A stretch of DNA of 64,000 nucleotides, from IMG/VR virus record IMGVR_UViG_3300044972_002389, positions 62,001 through 126,000 of that record. One strand, 5' to 3'. Under the pieces are notes generated by a model that was given only the letters and a program-made list of their open reading frames with translations, ran no database searches and was not told where the DNA came from. A program made the position numbers and the translations under genes. Shown here in pieces: positions 8,562-17,368 of this stretch. Each line of letters starts with the position of its first letter. Position 1 is the first letter of the stretch.

Positions 8562-11442
8562 CCTATTGAACAAGCCTACCAGTAGCGTAGCTGAGCTGGC
8601 TAAAAAATACAAAGTGTCAACAGACTCTGTGGAGAAACAGCTGGCACAGGGCATCAAAGTGGAGATGGAACACACCCGGTTGCGGAGTGTGGCGCGAGAA
8701 ATAGCCTTGGATCACTTGGGTGAGGATCTTAACTATTACAAGAAATTGAGCAAACTTGAGAAAAAGCCTGCTCAAGAAGCTCTTCTGATAGAGCTGTTTG
8801 CCCTGCTAAATGAAGTAAAAATCGACAATGTGAGTGGCATTGGGGAAGTGCCTGACAATAAGAATGTGGATTATCTTGGCTTGAGAGTCGCGATGAAGCC
8901 CAGTGTATTTTTGAAATTGGCTAGCCCTTTGTCAAGAGAACATGCTGGGAGTGTGGATTATATCAAACAGCAACTAGATCAAGGGCAGGGAATGGCCAGT
9001 CCTTGGCTGGTCTTAGACATACCAATAGAATGGGAAAAAGGTCGTTATAATAAATCCGCAAGAGTAATTGGGCACGAAGGCCGCAACAGAATGTATGCGG
9101 TCCTAGAAACTGAAGGCGATGCACCTGTTGAAACTCATTTGTTTTTTGTCGGTGGATTGCGTGCTAGGCACATCAAACCTGAATGGATTGAAGCACTCAA
9201 CCTGCGTCTTGTACCACAGAGAGCAAACACTAGTGTATCTGGCCCGTTTTTTGAACTGCTGTTAAAGACTCAAAAAAGTCTCTCAGAAGAAAATGAAAAC
9301 AAAAGAGACACATACCGTGTAACCTGGAGAGGTAGATTGGGCGAATATGATCCCAATTATTTTGACATCAAAAGTGACCCACTTGAAGACGATGATGGCA
9401 AAGTCATCGCCGTAAAAGATCAGCTTGTTCCCAAATCTCATTTGCGTGCCAATTTAAACATAACTCCAAATCCCAACCTAGTGTATAGGGGCATGAGTAA
9501 TCATGAATTTCAAAATATCAAAAAAACAGGAGTGATACAAAGCAAAGGCGAGTATAACTTGGCTGGGCAACAGGGCTTAACCTATTTTTCAACTGAACCC
9601 AGGTCAGCTGAAACTTATGCTCATAGTTTTGCACCATGGAATCAAAAAGCCAACTGGGACAATCCAGCATGGGTAATTGCAGTGCCCAAACCTGATGAAT
9701 CAAAAATTGTGCATGTGCAAGGCACAGGATCACATGAAGTGGGAGTCAAAGGCTCTATACCAGCGAATCAAATAAGGGAGATATACCGAGGAAAGGTTGT
9801 AGAATACGATCCTGGTGTGCACAACCAAGTTGCACCATCAGCATGGCTGCATTGGGAGAAAATGCCTGTTGATACATTGTTAACAGAGCGCAAAGGTGCG
9901 CCTGGCACTCTCAAATCCAAAATCACCAGACTGTATGGCGGAGGTGTCACATGTGACAAAACACAAAAACTCAAAACACGCCAGGGTGCTACAACTCTAG
10001 ACAAACGCCAAGCCAACTGGTTTCAAAACAAACATTGCGGCGGAGCAACTAGAGTTGATGAAATCATAAGTGGTGAGCATATTCCAGGCGATTGGAAAAA
10101 ATATGGAAGCGGCGACGCAGAAATGTTTGAAACAGAGTTTGATCTTCAAGGATATAAGATCACAATAAGTGTGAGTCGGGATTGGGCCCAATCTGGTGCC
10201 TATGTGTTGATGAAGAAAAACATAGAGGCTGGAGCAAACCTGGTTGGCAGAGAAATAATATTCAGGGTAGATGGCGAAACTGATCCAACAGGCTTACTAG
10301 GCACAGGTGCAGCGAATGTAATTTCAATTGTTGTAGGAAAAATCATAGGACTACTACAAAATATAGAATGGGACTATTTGGTCTTCGCAGGTGCTGGGGA
10401 CAGTAGACAAAGAGTATATACTAAAATATTGAGTCAGATATCTCCAGGACTTGATTCAGAGCCAATGCAATTTGGAGATTGGTTCCTGCTGATCAAAAAC
10501 CATTTGTTGGCAGCAAAATCTCAAGAGCTGGATGAAGTTTTTAAAGGCAAGCCACTTCCTGGAGATTGGCAATCAATAAAGGGCGGTTCAACCCACTACA
10601 CTGAATTTGAATTTGCTGGCAGTGAAGTGCAAATAGCAGTCGTAAAAGACGCTTCTTATGAGCTTCAAACTATCTTGCAAAAGCAAGTGCCAGAAAACTG
10701 GGTTGGATATGAAGTGTCCTTCTCTGTAGATCACAGCATCTCTGTAACAGGTATGTTTGACCAAAAAAGTGCCCAATTATTTGATTTGATTATACGAAAA
10801 CTCAAATGGTTTTTCCAGACCCACAGCTGGGACTACATCAACTTCAGTGGGGATGAGCGCAGCCGCAACAAGCTCTATCTCCGGCTGGCAAAACAGTTGG
10901 CACCTGCTGATAGCACAGTGTTGCACACTAACAAAAGCTTTGCAATTGTCAAGCAGGACAAGCTTGCATCATTCACTAACTTGGACGAAAGTTTAAGTTA
11001 CAAAGGTTTGCGTCCTGGAGCAAATATTTGGTATGAGCCTGGCATGCAATATTCCCAATATAATTTATATCCAGGCAAAAGTATTGTGGGCCAGCGAGTA
11101 TACCATATGACCAATAAGCTTACAAGTATAATAAAGTCAGGCGGACTGAAACCAAAATATGATGAGACTGGTGCTAGAGAATTTGGCCGATATAGCACTG
11201 TGGAATATCCTTTCACTCCAGTTATTGCTATATTTTTTGATGTTGGTGAGCATGATTGGTTTGGCAAATACATCTTAAGTTGGGAAATAACACCTGAGGA
11301 TAAAACTGCACGAGCATATATGCCAGTAGATACCATGCAGCCTTCAGATAGAGATAATTTGCTGCCCAATTGTCAGGTAACACCTGTAAGTATTGATAGG
11401 ATTACTATCACAGATCTCAAAGGAAACCTTATAAAAGTATGA
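8548..11442 (+). CDS. ~964-aa modular protein: small helical domain, ParB-like, ART-like (YRG/YFST/E), basic Cys module, two copies of an unknown domain, ART-like (VYH/GLKP)
   Basis: Probable start MKLNDLLN at 8548 overlapping the previous stop; IGHEGRNR ParB-like motif; junctions LNE, LSEE, LTE, VDE, LDE, LDES. Confidence 0.85.
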   Translation: MKLNDLLNKPTSSVAELAKKYKVSTDSVEKQLAQGIKVEMEHTRLRSVAREIALDHLGEDLNYYKKLSKLEKKPAQEALLIELFALLNEVKIDNVSGIGEVPDNKNVDYLGLRVAMKPSVFLKLASPLSREHAGSVDYIKQQLDQGQGMASPWLVLDIPIEWEKGRYNKSARVIGHEGRNRMYAVLETEGDAPVETHLFFVGGLRARHIKPEWIEALNLRLVPQRANTSVSGPFFELLLKTQKSLSEENENKRDTYRVTWRGRLGEYDPNYFDIKSDPLEDDDGKVIAVKDQLVPKSHLRANLNITPNPNLVYRGMSNHEFQNIKKTGVIQSKGEYNLAGQQGLTYFSTEPRSAETYAHSFAPWNQKANWDNPAWVIAVPKPDESKIVHVQGTGSHEVGVKGSIPANQIREIYRGKVVEYDPGVHNQVAPSAWLHWEKMPVDTLLTERKGAPGTLKSKITRLYGGGVTCDKTQKLKTRQGATTLDKRQANWFQNKHCGGATRVDEIISGEHIPGDWKKYGSGDAEMFETEFDLQGYKITISVSRDWAQSGAYVLMKKNIEAGANLVGREIIFRVDGETDPTGLLGTGAANVISIVVGKIIGLLQNIEWDYLVFAGAGDSRQRVYTKILSQISPGLDSEPMQFGDWFLLIKNHLLAAKSQELDEVFKGKPLPGDWQSIKGGSTHYTEFEFAGSEVQIAVVKDASYELQTILQKQVPENWVGYEVSFSVDHSISVTGMFDQKSAQLFDLIIRKLKWFFQTHSWDYINFSGDERSRNKLYLRLAKQLAPADSTVLHTNKSFAIVKQDKLASFTNLDESLSYKGLRPGANIWYEPGMQYSQYNLYPGKSIVGQRVYHMTNKLTSIIKSGGLKPKYDETGAREFGRYSTVEYPFTPVIAIFFDVGEHDWFGKYILSWEITPEDKTARAYMPVDTMQPSDRDNLLPNCQVTPVSIDRITITDLKGNLIKV

Positions 11443-12554
11443 GAATTTACCATTTAGTGCCCTTAAAGAAGTTGCTAGAAGCTTATCAGCCATTGACAAC
11501 CAAATGGCAACAAGACAATGTGGGCTCAGTTTCAAGATATATTACAAGCTTTGAGTATGATGACCATTTAGTCGAACAAAGACTTACTCAAGATAAAAAT
11601 CAAAAAGACTTACAGGATGCATTGGCTGCCAGTGATTTAGAGCCCAATCCACAAGCCAAGGGCTATGTTTGGTTATGGACAGTGGATGGGGAAATAGAAC
11701 AAACTGGCACAATGGGCCTTAAGGCCATACCCTTGTGGAAAGAATTGGTGCGACGCCTCTTTGGTTGGCTTGGATCTCATGAATGGGACTACTTGACTTT
11801 TATTGGTGGACGCGGCAGCAGGAACAAGCTCTATAGCGCATTGGGTCAAATGTTGGCGCAGAGAGCTGGTGCCAAAGTATATTTTGATTTTGACACAAGT
11901 GACTTTGTTGTATATAAGCCCAGTGCAATAGTTCAACCAAAATTGCAAGAGGCTTTTGATTACCAACTTCCCCGGGATAAATGGAAGATAAAAACAGAAG
12001 GCGACAGCTATATTGATTTTTTGTTTGAAATTGATGGCAACGAATACGAGCTTCGAATGTCTCGATTGCAAGAGCCTCAGAAGAGGGGTATTTACGAGGT
12101 GGAATTTAGGCACACAGAGTATGGCATGGACATAAGTGGCACAGGTTCAGCCTTTAAAGTCTTCAGTGCTGTGTTTCAACTTCTCAAGTATGCTATTGAT
12201 CATCAAAAAACCTTACCTGTAAATGGACTTTGGTTCCAGGCTTGGGCCCCGAGCAGGAAAAAGCGTTATAAGAGTATGGCACCAAAATTAGCAAGACATC
12301 TGGGTTGGACTTGGGTAACCAAGCAAGAGAGTTTTCCCTACTCTCTCTCGCCAGGAACAGATGGCTACTTGATTCTCAAACCCAGTCTTGGCGAAACAGC
12401 TGGTGTGGGCAAGATAGTTAAAGGTGTGAACACTACCACCGATGTGGGACCTGATGCTGTTCAAAAACAAGCCCGGAAATTTCTCAACAAAGTCACAGCA
12501 GGAGGAGTTCCTCCTCAAACTCAAAGCAATGGCAAATTTCCCTCGGTTAAATAA
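11439..12554 (+). CDS. 371-aa modular protein with two more copies of the unknown 'TG...SR.KLY' domain and a short basic tail module
   Basis: WDYLTFIGGRGSRNKLY and GLWFQAWAPSRKKRY parallel the two domains at 10063-10980; junctions LLEA, LQEA, LGET. Confidence 0.8.
   Translation: MRIYHLVPLKKLLEAYQPLTTKWQQDNVGSVSRYITSFEYDDHLVEQRLTQDKNQKDLQDALAASDLEPNPQAKGYVWLWTVDGEIEQTGTMGLKAIPLWKELVRRLFGWLGSHEWDYLTFIGGRGSRNKLYSALGQMLAQRAGAKVYFDFDTSDFVVYKPSAIVQPKLQEAFDYQLPRDKWKIKTEGDSYIDFLFEIDGNEYELRMSRLQEPQKRGIYEVEFRHTEYGMDISGTGSAFKVFSAVFQLLKYAIDHQKTLPVNGLWFQAWAPSRKKRYKSMAPKLARHLGWTWVTKQESFPYSLSPGTDGYLILKPSLGETAGVGKIVKGVNTTTDVGPDAVQKQARKFLNKVTAGGVPPQTQSNGKFPSVK
12548..12553 (+). promoter_or_regulatory. Late promoter core TAAATA
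   Basis: Overlaps the previous stop; 7 nt before the ATG at 12561. Confidence 0.55.
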
Positions 12555-12560
12555 GCTGAA

Positions 12561-13556
12561 ATGGCAACTTTGTATAGTTTTGGTATGGATCCCACACGGT
12601 GGTACAGCAGGGCATTATATGCCTTCTCTACCAATGAATTAGGCTGGACTACAGGCAATAGTCCAGTCAATGGACTGGGCAGCATACAATCCATGGCGTA
12701 TGGAAACAATACGTGGGTTGGTGCTACAAATTTTGGAGACTTCACAGTAAGTGGTGATGGTGTAAATTGGTATTCCTACACTCCTGAAAACAAAAGTTGG
12801 CTTGTTAACAAAATCACATGGGGACAAGGATTGTTCACAGTTGTGGGACATGAAAAAAACTTCAGTAACCTTGCAGAAACTGGATTTGTCGCAGTGTCTG
12901 GAAATGGTGGTCCAGCAACTTGGGTCAGAAAATTTGTCAGTTATCAAGAACCCATGACTTTGTTTGATATCAAACACTTGGGCCTAGGAAAATGGATTGC
13001 TGTGGGCTGCACAAATCATCTGCGACAGCCTGTGGTAATCTATAGTGAAGACAACACTGACTCTTGGACAAGAATACTACTTCCAGATATTATCCCTGGC
13101 GGTATTTACAGTATTGAAGCCCACGTAGGAAGTAGTGTAAAAGTTTGGCTGGGCGGCAAAGGCTGGATAGCCTATACCAACGATTTTCAAACCACAAGCA
13201 CAGAATGGACATTGTTTGATAATTTAAAAGATCAAGGCAAATCCAAACCATTTACGCGGTTATTATACCGATCCACACTGGGCAAAGAAGCTATTGTTGC
13301 ACTGTCAGGATCTACAGTTTGGTTCAACGACACAGCTTTGAATTGGCGGAGCACTACACAAGAGGGCTATAGATTCCAGGACGTAGCTAATTTCCAAAAC
13401 CCCTTAACAAGCCAAGAGTCATTTAACTTTTCTGTTGGAGGCATGTTGAACCAGTACACTGGATTCAAAACTCCTTGGCAAGCCCAGAGCACACAAGAAT
13501 TCTCCCTCATTGGATATAACAATGGAGTCCAAGCCAGCAGCCTTATTGTTGTTTGA
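12561..13556 (+). CDS. Putative virion protein with beta-propeller/BNR-like repeats
   Basis: Repeated blade-like motifs (MAYGNNTWVG, VSGDGVNW, ITWGQGLFTVVG, YSEDNTDSWT); late promoter upstream. Confidence 0.6.
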   Translation: MATLYSFGMDPTRWYSRALYAFSTNELGWTTGNSPVNGLGSIQSMAYGNNTWVGATNFGDFTVSGDGVNWYSYTPENKSWLVNKITWGQGLFTVVGHEKNFSNLAETGFVAVSGNGGPATWVRKFVSYQEPMTLFDIKHLGLGKWIAVGCTNHLRQPVVIYSEDNTDSWTRILLPDIIPGGIYSIEAHVGSSVKVWLGGKGWIAYTNDFQTTSTEWTLFDNLKDQGKSKPFTRLLYRSTLGKEAIVALSGSTVWFNDTALNWRSTTQEGYRFQDVANFQNPLTSQESFNFSVGGMLNQYTGFKTPWQAQSTQEFSLIGYNNGVQASSLIVV

Positions 13557-13580
13557 CACATGTGCTGTCTGCCACACAAT
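13553..13580 (+). promoter_or_regulatory. Sigma70-like promoter TTGACA-N16-CACAAT
   Basis: Heads the replication gene block; same 16-bp spacing as other early promoters in the window. Confidence 0.5.
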
Positions 13581-13612
13581 CATGGCATACAACAAACGTG
13601 GAGCAAAAGTAG

Positions 13613-13888
13613 ATGGGTATCGGCACTCTAGGACCAAATGATCGCTCAAAGATTATGGCCCTTGTGAATTCAGGTATTGATGTGTTGCGCGAGATTGCTA
13701 CCCTCAAAGAGGGACTAAAAGACCAAGTGGGATCAGTAAGTGAGGAACTGGATATTGACAAAAAGATCCTAAACATGGCTATCCGAACCGCCTACAAGAT
13801 GAGCCAGCAGAATCAAGACACTTTGAACGATCTTCAAACACAGCTGGACAGTGTTGAAGAAGTGCTAAAAGCAGCAGGTGTTTCCTAA
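13613..13888 (+). CDS. Small helical dsDNA-binding protein (T4 DsbA-like)
   Basis: KIMALVNSG..VLREI..LKEGLKD.V..V.EEL.I.KKILN.AIR.A.K pattern; ggag SD; upstream of the polymerase. Confidence 0.55.
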   Translation: MGIGTLGPNDRSKIMALVNSGIDVLREIATLKEGLKDQVGSVSEELDIDKKILNMAIRTAYKMSQQNQDTLNDLQTQLDSVEEVLKAAGVS

Positions 13889-14168
13889 GGCTGCACTCAA
13901 AGCAAGGATACATTTTTATAGATCTTTGACTCAAAGATCTAAATGGATTGTAATGTTTTTTTTGGAGATTTTAGGTACAGCCAGCATACTGCTGGCTGTC
14001 GCCGTTTAAGCCTTTCAAATATTACCTTTGAGCACATTGTATTTGTTTTGGTTGTTTGGCAGTGTAGCCTTGACCATCAGCAGTATTTTGCGTAAGAATC
14101 TATTACTCGCTGTAATGATGTTGTTTTATACAGGGTTGAATTTATATGGATTATGGAGTTTTGGATGA
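13878..14168 (+). pseudogene. Small membrane-protein gene with an in-frame TAA
   Basis: GTG 13878 frame gives hydrophobic FFLEILGTASILLAVAV, TAA at 14007-14009, then AFQILPLSTLYLFWLFGS...LYGLWSFG to TGA 14166-14168, which overlaps the polymerase ATG as ATGA. Confidence 0.65.
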
Positions 14169-16921
14169 CGTATGTTGATGCTATTTTGGAGAAAGACAAA
14201 CACTGTATTCAAGTTGTGGAGCGTGTAAACCACAAACGAGTCTACAACACATATCCCAGCAAATACGTAATGTATTTTCCCAGTGAGCGTGGAAAATACA
14301 CTAGCATTTATGGTGAACGGCTGGATAAATTTGAAACCAATCGTTGGGAAGAGTTTCAAAGAGAGTGTCGCTTGGTTCCAAAAACACAACAATATGAAAG
14401 TGATAGCAATCCCATTTTCCGTTGTTTTTATGAACATTACAAAAATACAGCAAGTCCACAGTTGCATGTGGCGTTTTTTGACTTGGAAACTGATTTTGAT
14501 CCTGATCGGGGCTTCTCGTCAACTGACGAGGCGTTCAATCCCATTACAGCAGTATCTGTATATTTGAGTTGGCTGGGCAAAAACTTTACTCTTGTCCTCA
14601 AACCCAAAACACTCACAGTAGAGCAAGCATCAGCAGTTGTGGACAAATTTGAAGACACTGTGCTGTGTAGCAATGAAACTGAGCTATTGGATGTGTTTCT
14701 CACCCTCATTGAGGATGCAGATGTTCTCACAGGTTGGAATTCAGAGGGTTATGATATTCCCTATTTGCACAATCGTATCATTCAAATTTTGAGTAAGGAG
14801 CACACTAAAAGGCTGTGTCTCTGGAACAAATTTCCCAAGAAAAGGGAGTATGAAAGCTATGGCAAGCCCACTATTACTTTTGATCTAGTGGGCAGAGTCC
14901 ATCTTGACTATCTGCAACTGTACCGCAAGCATACCTATCACGAGATGCACAGTTATCGACTGGACTTTGTGGGCGAGTATGAAGTGGGCGACAAGAAGAT
15001 AGCTTACGAAGGCAGCTTGGACAAGCTCTATAACGAAGACTTTGAAAAGTTCATTGCCTATAACAGGCAAGACGTTATGCTGTTGGTGAAAATTGATCGC
15101 AAGCTGAAATTCATTGATCTAAGCAATGATCTAGCACACACAAACGGAGTGTTGATCCAAACAACAATGGGGTCAGTACAGCTTATTGACAATGCCATTA
15201 CTAACGAAGCACATGATCTTGGCTTATGTGTTCCTACTCGACGTAGAGACAATCCTGAAATCATGAAAGACGATCAGGGTGAAGACATTGAGCCCAATGG
15301 TATTGCTGGTGCATATGTGGCTGACCCAGTTGAAGGCATGCACAAATGGATTGGCGGTGTAGACATCAACAGTCTATATCCCAGTGCTATTCGAAGTTTG
15401 AACATGAGCAAGGAAACAGTAGTGGGGCAAATCCGCCCTGTGGGTAATGATCGTTTGATTCAACACAGGATGCAAAAGGAAAAACGCACTTTTGCTGACA
15501 GTTGGAACGAGATGTTTGGCATTATTGAGTATAACCAAGTGATGAATAGGGAAATGGTTATGCTGACTGTGGACTTTGAAGACGGCACCACTGTGGAACT
15601 CAGTGCTGACGAACTGTATCAATGGATTTTTGAAAATCCCAAAAAGCAAATGACGCTCAGTGCCAATGGCACTATTTTTGATCTCAACAAGGAAGGTGTG
15701 GTACCAGGCTTGCTGGCCCGCTGGTATGGTGAGAGAAAGGAGTTGCAGGCAGAAGCCAAAGCATGTTTCAAAAAAGCTGATGAAGAACCTAATCCCTCTA
15801 AGAAGAGTGAGTATCAAGAAAAAGCTGATTTTTATGACAGAAGGCAGTTGATTAAGAAAATTTTGCTAAATTCACTTTATGGAGCTATCGGAAATTCTAG
15901 CTCATCGTGGTTTGACAACCGTATTGCACAAAGTACTACTTTAACAGGTAGATGTATCGTCAAACACATGGGTAGTAAGATCAATGAGGTAATATCAGGG
16001 AAATATCACTACAAAGGTGATGCTGTCATATATGGCGACACCGACAGCATTTATTTTAGCGCATATCCAGTAATGAGCCAGCTTGAAGACTTCAAAAGCT
16101 TTGATTGGAGTCGTGAAGCAGTGGTGCAACTGTATGATCAAGTTGCAGACATCACTAACCAAAGCTTTCCTGGATTTATGAAACAGGCATTCAATGTACC
16201 TGAATCCAGGAGTGTGATCAAAGCTGGCCGTGAACTAGTAGCAAGCCATGGATTGTTCATTACCAAAAAACGGTATGCTGTGATGATCTACGACAAAGAA
16301 GGCAAGCGAAAGGATGTAGATGGCAAGCCAGGTGAGATCAAAGTTATGGGGCTTGATCTCAAGAGAAGTGATACACCAAAACCAGTCCAGGACTTCTTGA
16401 GTGAGATTTTAACTTTGGTTTTGACTGAGGTTGACAAAGACAGCATTTTCACGCGCATCAAGGAGTTCCGCACAGAGTTCAGCCAATGGCCCAGCTGGGC
16501 AAAAGGCAGCCCCAAAAGGGTGAATAACCTTACTCAATATGGCATGATTAAGAAAGCTCAGGAAAGCGTTGACCTCAACAAAGACACTGGGAAAAGAAAA
16601 ACTATTCCGGGCCATGTCCTTGCGAGCCTAAACTGGAACCTATTGTGTGAGATCTACAACGATTATGGATCAATGCGAATTCAAGACGGGCAAAAGGTGA
16701 TTGTCTGTAAGCTGAGATCAAACCCTTTGGGTATGACATCTGTTGCATACCCTGTAGATCAACTGTATCTTCCTGATTGGTTCAAGTCTATGCCTTTTGA
16801 CAACGCTCTTATGGAGGCCACAATTTTGGACAAGAAACTGGAAAACTTGTTGGGTGTATTGCACTGGAATCTTGAAGATGCCAAAAACAACGAAACTTTT
16901 GACAGCATGTTTAGTTTTTGA
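14165..16921 (+). CDS. Family B DNA polymerase (T4 gp43-like) with 3'-5' exonuclease
   Basis: ExoI FFDLET, ExoII GWNSEGYDIPY, ExoIII YNRQDV, DINSLYPS, KKILLNSLYG, YGDTDS, KKRYA; start MTYVDA at 14165; no intein seen. Confidence 0.97.
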   Translation: MTYVDAILEKDKHCIQVVERVNHKRVYNTYPSKYVMYFPSERGKYTSIYGERLDKFETNRWEEFQRECRLVPKTQQYESDSNPIFRCFYEHYKNTASPQLHVAFFDLETDFDPDRGFSSTDEAFNPITAVSVYLSWLGKNFTLVLKPKTLTVEQASAVVDKFEDTVLCSNETELLDVFLTLIEDADVLTGWNSEGYDIPYLHNRIIQILSKEHTKRLCLWNKFPKKREYESYGKPTITFDLVGRVHLDYLQLYRKHTYHEMHSYRLDFVGEYEVGDKKIAYEGSLDKLYNEDFEKFIAYNRQDVMLLVKIDRKLKFIDLSNDLAHTNGVLIQTTMGSVQLIDNAITNEAHDLGLCVPTRRRDNPEIMKDDQGEDIEPNGIAGAYVADPVEGMHKWIGGVDINSLYPSAIRSLNMSKETVVGQIRPVGNDRLIQHRMQKEKRTFADSWNEMFGIIEYNQVMNREMVMLTVDFEDGTTVELSADELYQWIFENPKKQMTLSANGTIFDLNKEGVVPGLLARWYGERKELQAEAKACFKKADEEPNPSKKSEYQEKADFYDRRQLIKKILLNSLYGAIGNSSSSWFDNRIAQSTTLTGRCIVKHMGSKINEVISGKYHYKGDAVIYGDTDSIYFSAYPVMSQLEDFKSFDWSREAVVQLYDQVADITNQSFPGFMKQAFNVPESRSVIKAGRELVASHGLFITKKRYAVMIYDKEGKRKDVDGKPGEIKVMGLDLKRSDTPKPVQDFLSEILTLVLTEVDKDSIFTRIKEFRTEFSQWPSWAKGSPKRVNNLTQYGMIKKAQESVDLNKDTGKRKTIPGHVLASLNWNLLCEIYNDYGSMRIQDGQKVIVCKLRSNPLGMTSVAYPVDQLYLPDWFKSMPFDNALMEATILDKKLENLLGVLHWNLEDAKNNETFDSMFSF

Positions 16922-16922
16922 A

Positions 16923-16972
16923 AGGTTGACAACGGAGCTATATGTCAAGTAGATTTGACAAAAGTCAACCTT
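16923..16972. repeat. Nested TTGAC/GTCAA inverted repeats after the polymerase gene
   Basis: AGGTTGAC (16923-30) matches GTCAACCT (16964-71), enclosing TTGAC-N13-GTCAA and TTGAC-AAAA-GTCAA. Confidence 0.6.
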
Positions 16973-16984
16973 AAGGAATAATTC

Positions 16985-17359
16985 ATGAATATTTTTTCTG
17001 CCTTATACGAACGCATACGACGGATGTTTGGGCCTGATCAAACACCAGTTTCAACTACTCTTGCACCCAGGACAGAACCAATCCAGCCAATAGTTGTGAC
17101 ACCCGCTGGAAATCCTGTGCCACCCAGCTCAGAGAAGGCAGCCCTTGTAATTGAAAAAGGTGCATACCAACCAATCACGTCTAGTCCAACAGATCCACCA
17201 GTGTTGCAGCAACCTGCCCCTGTAATTACTGCCAAACAAGAGCCATCACAGGAACCTCCCCCAGCTAAAACAGGGAAAAAGCCAAAAGCTACAACAGCCC
17301 TTAAGGAACCCAAGGCGCCTAGTCAACGCAAGGCACCAGCCAAAAAGAAAACTAATTAG
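16985..17359 (+). CDS. Pro/Lys-rich, probably disordered hypothetical protein
   Basis: aaggaa SD; P/T-rich middle and basic tail KAPSQRKAPAKKKTN. Confidence 0.65.
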   Translation: MNIFSALYERIRRMFGPDQTPVSTTLAPRTEPIQPIVVTPAGNPVPPSSEKAALVIEKGAYQPITSSPTDPPVLQQPAPVITAKQEPSQEPPPAKTGKKPKATTALKEPKAPSQRKAPAKKKTN

Positions 17360-17368
17360 CCAATTCTA

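Noticed and set aside
14165-16921. Intein or intron in the DNA polymerase
   Set aside because: All family-B motifs are present at normal spacing with no splicing or endonuclease motifs.
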